From Octopus vulgaris (Eukaryota): 64,000 nucleotides of DNA. This document shows positions 54,127 through 64,000 of the stretch, piece after piece (the stretch's first letter is position 1; every line of letters starts with the position of its first letter). The translations under genes and the position numbers were made by a program. The notes beneath the pieces are model-generated. The model had not been told where the DNA came from. It searched no databases and saw only the letters and a program-made list of their open reading frames with translations. The stretch lies in assembly GCA_951406725.2 (NCBI GenBank), contig OX597826.1, positions 73,036,001 through 73,100,000 of the forward strand. Direction: 5' to 3'.

Positions 54127-54925
54127 CGGGAGGAATTGCAATCTCTGAATCAAAACCAGTGCACGACTTAGCAATTGGCATGAGTAATGGCACATCTTTC
54201 CAGGTGCATATTAATAATTTGGCAATAAGATGCAGATGGATAGCCGGATAGATCCTTCAAACTTTCAGAACGAGAGAACAGGAAACGATGGTGGTCCTTT
54301 GGAGAACATATGTCCTCATCCGCTTAGGCTACTGTTCCCAACTGTGGTCATCACACAGTATAAAATTTACGGCGGAAATTGTAGCAATTCAGCGAAGCTA
54401 CACAAAGAAAATCAACTCGATGCAACTTGTCAGCTACTGGGAAAGTTTGAGAAAATTAATGCCATGCTCCCTAAAACGAAGGCGGGAAAGATATGCTGTG
54501 ATATAGATCTGGAAGATCCTGGAAGAACTTGTACCAAATTTTGGCATTGAAACTTACATAGACAGCAGAACGGGGCGCCGCTGCATAGTACCAAGGGCCT
54601 CAACATCGCCATCAAAATACAGGACCAGATACTGCAACAGCTTGGGTTTCAAAGGTCCACAGCTCTTCAATATCCTTCCAAAATTACTGAGAGACCTGCA
54701 TGGTTTGAATGTAGATGTCTTCAAAACAAAACTGGATTTCCTTCTGTCAAGGGTTTCGGATGTGCCTACATCAAGGTAGGAAACAGAGATGAGGACAGCA
54801 GCATCAAACTCCATCATTCACTAAATGCCACATATCATATGAGGTCTCAAATAATGAAGGTGCAGCAAAACCAACAGTGGTGCCTCAACATGACCGCAGC
54901 TTCCGAGATTAAACTACTTAATATA
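54127..54925 (+). mobile_element. CR1-like LINE 3' end
   Basis: ..RLGYCSQLWS..SLKRRRERYAVI*IWKIL..GPQLFNILP..FKTKLDFLL..SNSI, then a 3' tail gtggtgcctcaacatgaccgcagc. Confidence 0.85.
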
Positions 54926-54930
54926 CAAGA

Positions 54931-54986
<56 letters not shown>

Positions 54987-54997
54987 AAACACACACG

Positions 54998-55055
<58 letters not shown>

Positions 55056-58000
55056 GGTATGTTTCACTCAAAGGGCATTACCCAAAGTACTGTACAGTGT
55101 AACTGAATCACGTGGTTGTGAAATTAACTTCTTAAGCACACAGCCAGACATGTACGTTTGTGTGTGCGTGTGTGTATGTGTGTGTGTGTGTGTGCATGTG
55201 TGTGTGAGTTTGTGTGTGTAACCACCACGACTTGACAACCGGCGTTGGTTTGTTTACGTTCTCATAACTTAACGCTTCGACATGAAAGACCGATAGAATA
55301 AGTTCCAGGGTTTAAGAAAAATATTCTGGGGTCGATTCGTTTGATTAAAGATTCTTCAAAGTATTAATTAACTAATGCAGCTTACTAATTAATTCCTTAA
55401 ACTGTTTTCTTATTTTTCAGATTTAGTTAACTGCCGACACCAGTGTGAATCGGTACAGAGTGTCGTCTAAAATTAATCCGGTATATTTATCCAGCGCGTA
55501 ATCCCGTAACAAAACCGGCATCCAATAATCATAATACATAATAATTCGACTATTTTACATTCTGCCAAAGAACTTCAGAGATTTGTGACGTGCAGACGTG
55601 GGGATCTTCGAAGAAGAGCCGGACAAATTTTTATCTGAGATACCAGATGAACCCACGAGGAAGAGCAGCTCCGTTCAACTTCCTGTTTCACCAGAAACAA
55701 TAGAAAAAACAATGTTTTATTTACATAAAGTCTGAATTACAATTTAATTTATAAGGAAACAAAGAAACAGAAAAGGGGGTAGAATTAAGCAGCAGAAGAT
55801 GGGGATAGAAGGAGTACACGCCAGAACAAATAGCGTGTTCATCTGCTCCCTGCAGATATTCCCACGGTTTCGTTGCCGAGCAGAATGGACAGCGATACTC
55901 GCTACAGCAGCCACTTCGCCTCGCAGGGCTTGTTTCCTCAATGCGGCGATACAGAAAAGAAACCAAATCGTACTGAAAGGCGGTGCTCCAGCATGGCTGA
56001 AGCCATTACAAGAGAAGATAATGGTTGATGAGTTGTGCAACGTGAAATGCTTGGTGTGAGTATAACGGGAACTGCTTATGAAGAGTGAAACGAAAGATGT
56101 TTGTGAAGGAGGGGTTAAAGTGAAACGGTCGGAAAGCGGTGGAGGCTGTGACATGGATTGTTTGGAGAGATGTTTAACTAGAAATATTTTTTAGGAACGT
56201 TAGAGATATTTGCACAATTTCAATAAAATAAATTTATTAGTTTTCAATGTCGGAATTTGAAAGCAGAGTCGTCATCGTCGTCGTCGTCGTCGTCGTTGTG
56301 TTGCCACCGAAACTTCCGGTTAGATCCCGGCTATATTCTGCTTGCTTCTTCACAATCAGTTCTTCTAGACTCTCAACTATATTCTACAGAATAAAGAAAT
56401 ACAAAACATCTAGATTTAAGTGTTTCGGGAATCATATCTATTCCAAGAGTACACGGGAGAATGTATGTATGTATGTATGTATGTATGTATGTATGTATGT
56501 ATGTATGTATGTATGTATGTATGTATGCATGTATGTATGTTTGTATGTATAAGCGGGGACATAGAAATAATCGGACTGAATACCCGATCGCGCGGTTAAA
56601 CCATTGGGAGTGAAGGACTCCTAACCTTTGTTAGGACATCCTTCTAGGAAAGGTAACTCAGGTAACTGGGATAACTCCGACATAAAACCTTCGGCTCAGT
56701 GGTTACCGATGATGTTGACTTTTCTTCTTTTCGGATTATGGCTGATGTTGCTTAGTGAGTGGGATTGACTCAGTGCACAGCCTTTCCTCACTTTAAAAAA
56801 ATCTTCTTGCACAGGCATTGCACGATAATAACATTGATTAAGCTTCGTGCAATAGCCATACTCGATAATGAGGGGGCAGCCACCATGTATGTATGTATGT
56901 GTGTATGTATGTATATATGTATGTACGTACGTATGTATGTATGTATGCATTATATATGTGTGTGAGTGTGTGTTTCTGTATGTATGTATGTATGTATGTA
57001 TGTATGTATGTATGTATGTATGTATGTATGTATGTTTGTGTGTGTGTATGTATGCATGTACGTATGCGTGCGTGTGTGAGTGTATGTGTGTTTGTGTATT
57101 TATGTATGTATGCATTATGTATGTGTGAGAGTGTGTGTATCTGTATGTAAGTTTGTGTGTGTGTATGTATGCATGTACGTGTGTATGGGTGTATGAGTGT
57201 ATGTGTTTGTTCATTTATGTATGTATGTATGTTTGCATTATGCATGCATGCATGTATGTATGTATGTATGTATGTATGTATGTATGTATGTATGTATGTA
57301 TGTATGTATGTACGTACGTATGTATGTATGTATGTATGTATGCATGTATGCATGCATGCATGCATGCATCCATGCATGTATGTATGTATGTATGTATGTA
57401 TGTATGTATGTATGTATGTATGTATGTACGTACGTACGTACGTATGTATGTATGCATGTATGTTATTATTCAGCTCTGTTTCAAGATTCCTTGCCAATAC
57501 AGAAAGAGCCGGTTTCTAACCCAGCCCCAAATCTCCTTCATTGAAAATTCAACAACATCAACAGGGTATTTGCACGTGTTCGTGTGTATGTATGCTTTAT
57601 TTGAAGTCTGCATATGCATATTTGTAGGTTTGTTTTATGTATGTATTCTCATACGGGGACTTAAACAAACTAGTACCGGTTGCCAAGCGCGGCGATTGGG
57701 GTCAAACTCAAACACAAAGATGCACACACACATACATACATACATACATACATACATACATACATACATACATACATACATACATACATACATACATACA
57801 TACATACATACATACATACACACACAGACGCACACATACGCACAGATACATATATACATACGTGTGTGTATGTATGTACGTATGTATGTATGTATGTATG
57901 TATGTATGTATGTATGTACGTATGTATGTATGTATGAATGTATGTATGTATGTATGTATGCGTGTATGTATGTATGTATATATGTATGTATGTGTGTGTG

Positions 58001-58879
58001 TATTTGTATGTATGTATGTGTGTATGTATGTGTGTGAGTGTGACTTTGCGTTCGTGTTTGTCCCCAACCACTGCGCTTGGCAACCGGTATTGGTTTGTTT
58101 AAGTCCCCGTAACTTAGCAGTTTCGAGAAAGAAGAACGATAGTATAAGTACCAGGCTCTAAAGGAACATAAGCACTGGGACCCAATTTGTTCGACTAAAT
58201 TTCTTCAAAGCGTTGCCCCAGCATGGACGCGGTCCAATGACTGAAACAAGTAAAAGAAGATAAAAGATATTTAGATCCGTGTTATTACATTACTGCCAAT
58301 TCTTATGGAACTTTCTACCATATATCTTTTCTACAATAGGCACAAAGCATGAAATTTAGGCGGGAAGGAGCTAGTCGATTGCATCGACCCCTGTGCTCAA
58401 CTGGGACTTAATTCATCGTTCCCGAAAGGATGAAAGGCAAAGTCGACCTCGGAGGAACTGGAACATTGAACATAAAGACAGACGTGAAACTGCTAAGAAT
58501 ATTTTTCGGCGTGCTAACGAGTCTGGTAGCTCGCCACCTTAGAAATTTCGGCCATATATACGAACGAACTAAACACTTCATTTACACTAAACTGTTGTTT
58601 ATTAAACTTTAATCCATCTTTACAACGCAACTTTTAGATTAGATTTATTACCTCAACTTTATTTCAACTTTTCCACCAGTTAGACTTTCACACCAGATGT
58701 TACTTAACCGCTCTTCTTGCTTTGTAACAATTATACCAGTACCAGACTCTTAGACAGGATTTTATTAAAATGCTTACGACTGAAAAAAATTTAGATTTCA
58801 AGTCGAAAGACTGAATCATTTTGCCAGCCATAACCGAGATTTTACTAATCTTAACAATAAAGAATTTGTAGCAGGTATG

Positions 58880-59370
58880 ATCAAGATTAGTTCATATTTA
58901 CGTTCACATATTTGGAGAGAACAACAAGCCAAATATTGGAGTCATTAATGAAATATTAGACATGTCAGTAAGATATTGGACACATGGATTATATATGGAA
59001 CATGTGAATATATGAGGTACATCAGTAAGATATGAGACACATCGACAAGGTATGAGTAGTATCAGTCAAACATGAAACACGTTAGTCAGAAATGGCACAC
59101 ATCAATCAGTTGTTGGAAACATCAGTCAAATGCGAGGCACGTAAGTCAGTTATGAGACACATCAGACAGTTAATGGAGGTTCAATCAGATATGAAGCACA
59201 TAAATCAGATATGAGACATATGAGTCAGCTATGGGTGACATCGATCAGTTATTGAATACAACAGTCTTTTAATAGACAGGACACATCAGTCAGTATGGGG
59301 CGCATGCATCAGATATGGGACATTTCAATCAGATGAAGACACATTACTTAGACATGGGGCATATTAGTCT
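58880..59370. repeat. Degenerate ~20-bp minisatellite
   Basis: Recurring acacatcagtcagatatgag-like units. Confidence 0.7.
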
Positions 59371-60199
59371 TCATCAGTCCATCGGTGTTTCATGCCTCGG
59401 CTCCTTACACCGGGCATGATATCCCAAGATTTACAACTTAGGGAGACTATCCTTGTTTCAAAGATCTAGGACGTTTCTTGAGGGAGATTATGCAGCAATA
59501 TCGAGGTTCTTTTCCTTATTATTTCATCCTGATTAAAGTAAAGCGGTTAGTCTCGAACAATTTCATTGACAAGAATGCATTTGATCGAATGTACCATTTA
59601 CATATTATTTGTTCGAATGTGACTGTCCAACTTGATGTAGTCGTGTGCTTATACCTTGGAGGCTGTCAGTTGGTTACATAATGCCAATGAAAATGAATTG
59701 CTCTTAATTCATTCAAATTTCTTCATGAAACTTGCCAGAACAATTCAAATAAAGTCTTAATCATGCAAGAGTTGTCTTCACTTTTCATCCTTCACTCTTC
59801 ACACAGTGTTAGCTTAAGTTATAAAGATTTGTGTTTAAGCTGAAGAAAGACTGGTCATTAAATAAAAGCTGTAGATGTTGCGGAGAGAGTTTTCCCATCT
59901 CCTGCGGATTGTCGAGTGCAGATAATAATTTTATTCGGTTATAAATATATTGAAAGGAAAAATCAATCTATCAAAAAAAAAAAAAAAAGGAAAAAGGAAA
60001 AAGATATCGATTTAAGTGTTATGTGATTGTATTTCCATCTGAAGGCTCTACCGACTCCTTTGTCATGTGACTTCAATGCATGTTGCGACGTTGTATATAG
60101 TTGTGACCGCATCCATTTTGAATTCGTATTTGTCTATTTCATATTTGTAACCTGCCGCTGGGACAGTGTTACAGCTGTGAATGAAGTTGAAATTGTGTT

Positions 60200-60415
60200 A
60201 CAATTGTCGCCTTGAGATGTGACTATAGTATCTGTGACTCTGTTACACTGTGATTGTTAGATATGATTCTCTTACCGGTGTGACTTTTAGTTGGAGTACT
60301 GCTACAGCTGTAACTAATTTAGATGAGATTCTGTCACATCTGTAAATTTTAGATGTGATTCTATCGTAAATGTGGGCCTTAAATGTGATTTTGTTGCAGC
60401 TGTTAACTTTAGATT
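60200..60415. repeat. Degenerate 30-bp minisatellite (related array at 63625-63812)
   Basis: gatgtgattctgttacagctgtgactttta-like units. Confidence 0.65.
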
Positions 60416-60629
60416 TTTCAATCAAACTTAGTATTTTATCGAACATCATATCATAGCTTACACGTATCATTTATATTTCTTGATTCAAGATGAATCAGGA
60501 AGAATACTGAAAAAAGGATGGATTATTCATCTTGATCCATAATTTTTTCAGCATATATATATATAAATCCATTAAGAATCGATAAGTAGCTCAAATCATG
60601 CAACTTTGATCCACTGTTGTATGCTGCAC

Positions 60630-61240
60630 AATATACACCAAAATAAGAGAACATTTGAGCAGTATATGATTCAGGATTAGCCTATCAAAACCAGGGTCCA
60701 TTTTTCCTGAATCCAATCCGTAGTAAGCCCACCAAAATCTATGTGCATTGGTTCAGTAAACAGTTCATAACTAACACACTAAAATCGGGGCACATTATCC
60801 ATGTAAGAGCCACAGTTCGTCCATCAGGGTAAAAATGCGTTGGTTCAATGTGTAATACATAGTTAACCCACCAAGTATGATTGATTATTAACACATCAAA
60901 ATAAGAGTATGTTCGTTTCGTTCATAAATCCATACCATGTAATCCAAACCAGAGTACACTTGTCCGTAACTGGGTCCATTCTTAACCTACGAAAACCATG
61001 ACACAGATGTCCAGTGGGTGATACATACATAATCCACTAAAATCATGGCACATTGGTTTAGGATATAATCTATAGTTGGCTTCTTAAGGTCGAAATGCGC
61101 GGGGTTCAGTATGTACTCCATATTTAACCCCTAAACACCGGAGTATATCTGTTTCCTAGCGAGCCATAATAAAGCCGCTAAAATTAGGGTACATTAGTTC
61201 TGTGTGTAATCTACATTTAACCCAAGTCAGGCTACATTCA
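60630..61240. repeat. Degenerate ~47-bp minisatellite
   Basis: Recurring aacccactaaaatcagggtacattggttcagtatgtaatccata-like units. Confidence 0.6.
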
Positions 61241-61328
61241 AGTTGTTGTTGCTGTTACTGCAGATGTTGCTATTGATGTTCTTATGGTTATTGTATTTAG
61301 TGGCATCGTTATTATGCTTGCGTTATCA

Positions 61329-61707
61329 TCTCTCTATATATAACCGGCAAAATGTGTGTGTGTGTGTATGTGTGTGTGTGTTCTTTATACAAATCCACAA
61401 TTTTTCAGTCAGAGGGCTCACACTTTATATGGTCATTCAAAACCGTCCAAGGGTGGTCTTGCACATCTTTACATTTCCCCGGTCACCTCGCAAAGCCATT
61501 AAAAAATCAATAGAAATGACTTTTTTTGTGAATTTTCTATCCAAAACCCAATCAAAATGCCCGAAACTTGATACGCCAATTGAATGCCAGCTAGCTGTAT
61601 GTGATTGGTCGGAGATTTGGACAGTACTCGCGTGTATGTGCGCATGCACGCAGCTGTATATGCATGCACTAGCACTATGACTCGGCAACGCCGGGTCACA
61701 GTGCTAG
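61329..61707 (+). mobile_element. Non-autonomous Helitron
   Basis: a|TC start, 3' hairpin tgactcggcaacgccgggtca, and CTAG|t end. Confidence 0.85.
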
Positions 61708-62264
61708 TTGTTGTTGTTAAAATTGTGATATTTATTGGTGTAGTTGTTTTTATTGTTTTTAGTTTTTTATGTTGCTGCAACAGTTGTAGTGGTTGTTGCT
61801 AATGCTGTTTTGGTTGTTGTTGTTGTTGTTGTTGTTGTTGATGTAGTTGCACTTGTGGTTGTTATGGTAACAGTGTTTGTGTTCATTTGTTGTTACTTTT
61901 GTAGTTGCTACTCCCGCTATGCTGCTGCTGCTGCTGCTGATGACGTTGCTTTATCTGTTCAGTGGTATTATTGTTGATTCTTTTTTCTTTTTTTTTTATC
62001 ATAATTACTTTCCTATTTTGTGTCGCCAAAGAAATAATCGGTAACCTAGTAAACATACAATTTCTGTTTCTGTTTACTCTTCCTCTTTCTATTCCCCATA
62101 CCTCTCCCTCACACTTTCTCTTTATTTATGTGTGTGTGTGTGTGTGTATGTATGTATCTGCATGTGTGTGTGTATGTAGGTATGTACTTATGTATTTACG
62201 TATAAATGCATGTATGCATGTACGTGTGTATGTATGCATGTATGCACGTATGTATGCACGTATG

Positions 62265-62295
<31 letters not shown>

Positions 62296-62530
62296 GTATG
62301 TATCTATGTATATATATGTATGCATGTATGCGTGAGTGTGTGTGTATATGCGTCTCTGTGTGTATGTGTATGCACGTACATACTTATGTATTTATGTATA
62401 TATGCGTGAATATATGTGTATGTATGTATGTATGTATGTACGTATGTATGTATGTATGTATGTATGTATATAGACATACGTATGTATGTATGTATGTATG
62501 TATGTATGTATGTATGTATGTATGTATGTA

Positions 62531-62620
<90 letters not shown>

Positions 62621-63302
62621 CGTCTTTCTAGCTTTCACCCATCTCATATTCTGTAAACTGTTGGTAGGTTGCTTGCCAGACTACCGACCCATTGTGCCGC
62701 GGTTTTGCGTCCCCCTTACTGACGCAGAGACTTTCATCTCATCGTCCTTGCCCGTGGCTGTCATTCCAGTCTTTGCTAGTTCTAAGTAGGCACCATGCAC
62801 AGGCACAGTCTCAATTCACCGCTGCAAGCAGCGGGAGCGTCGTATAATCGACGACGGTTTCGTCGACACGCGGTGCCCAGCCCGATTCCTAATAAAAGGT
62901 GAAGCCGGGAGAGAGACTCCCTATGGAGTCTGCTCAGATAATCACCCATTGGTTGATATATTGGATTTTAGAATAACGTTAAACAGTTGATTCTGTGTAT
63001 CATACATGTATGAGATAAATACTAACCAAGTGATAGATAGTCTGAGATGTTGGGCATGACTGATAGATCAGATGTGATTGATATGATTGATTGATTGATT
63101 GATTAATTGATTGATTAATTTAATTGATCGATTAATTGACTGAGTGATTGTTTGAATAATTCCGTGTATTAACTGGGTGAGTTAGTAGTTGATTAAACTG
63201 AGTGATTTATACGACACAGACAAGCCCTGAGTAAATATGGAATACCAACTCTGTAAAACTACCCTTTTACTTTCGCGCCAAACAATTTAATGGCGTCACC
63301 AT

Positions 63303-63536
63303 TTAAGATATTGTCGCTCTTAAAGTGTTCTCGTTTTTCATATTGTTGTTGCAAATCCTGTGCTGCGCTTTACGGTTACTGTTGCGGTCCATCTTTTCAT
63401 CCGATTCGTTGACATTATTCAAATGGTCAATGTTTATTGAACTGCCACAGTCGGTCGATGTTCTTTTGATCAGGCCGTTGATTGTTAGGATGCCTTCTGG
63501 GGACAGACTGGAAGTCAGAGTATCTGGATCAATATC
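63303..63536 (-). CDS. Terminal exon of a small heat-shock protein (alpha-crystallin/HSP20 family)
   Basis: The acceptor ttttttctattgcag|GAT is phase 0. DIDPDTLTSSLSPEGILTING matches alpha-crystallin beta8-beta9 (SxLSxxGxLTI), followed by an IxI motif (INI) and stop TAA at 63303-63305. Upstream exons were not found in the window. Confidence 0.8.
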   Translation of the reverse strand, partial: DIDPDTLTSSLSPEGILTINGLIKRTSTDCGSSINIDHLNNVNESDEKMDRNSNRKAQHRICNNNMKNENTLRATIS

Positions 63537-64000
63537 CTGCAATAGAAAAAAGGTTATATAACATCAAAGATCCATAAAGAAAGTCAGGTAATTATTAAAT
63601 CAACATTATAAATAATCTCATAGTTAGATGGAGGTGTCTACGGGACACTTGTGACCGTCAGACGTACCATGGAAACCGTTGTGACCTTTAGACGTGGAAA
63701 TGATACAGCTGTGAACTTTAATGCAACTGTACGATACGTTGTGGCCCTTAAATATGTCTACGATCGTTGATATCTTTAGACAGGCTAATGATACACTTAT
63801 AACCTTTGATGAAAGCGCGTTGCTAGGTGATAAGGGTATTCGGCGCGTTGCTAAGTGATAAGGGTATTCGGCTCACGATCACATTCGGTTCCTCATTTTA
63901 CTTTTTCTTTCTCCCTTTCATAATTTTTACAGTCACTTCTATTACACGTGCTTGCTCTTTCACGTGCTTCACAAATTCTCTTCCCTCATAAAACTAAGAA

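Noticed and set aside
53600-55460. Isolated splice-like sites (donor-like at ~53645 minus, acceptor-like at ~55420 plus)
   Set aside because: No paired site or recognisable coding exon. Cannot be supported without RNA data.
58880-61240. Periodic repeats as a CRISPR-like array
   Set aside because: Degenerate contiguous minisatellites without unique spacers, in a eukaryotic context with no cas genes.
63816-63871. 28-bp direct duplication in the sHSP intron
   Set aside because: Simple two-copy slippage with no further structure.

Overview
Eukaryotic, AT-rich, extremely repeat-dense genomic DNA. The SINE families and the microsatellite load suggest an octopus/coleoid cephalopod; this is inference and unverified. 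Most ORFs in the supplied track are microsatellite artefacts. The only supportable host coding sequence is the terminal exon of a small heat-shock (alpha-crystallin/HSP20) gene on the minus strand at 63303-63536. The rest is mobile DNA: (TAA)n-associated R4/Dong-type RLE LINE fragments inside a ~2.3-2.5 kb tandem triplication; Penelope-like GIY-YIG remnants; a young but internally deleted Gypsy LTR element with a UUUAAAC -1 frameshift site; a Chapaev3-like transposon with a nested hAT MITE; mariner/Tc1 elements; two non-autonomous Helitrons; CR1 and RTE fragments; and three tRNA-SINE families. The most notable signal is absent from the ORF track: about eight minimal type-I hammerhead-ribozyme motifs. 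Some of them lie in two homologous non-coding ~353/360-bp partial-tandem units beside (TA)n that look like a retrozyme (circular-RNA / non-autonomous Penelope) family with additional conserved hairpins.
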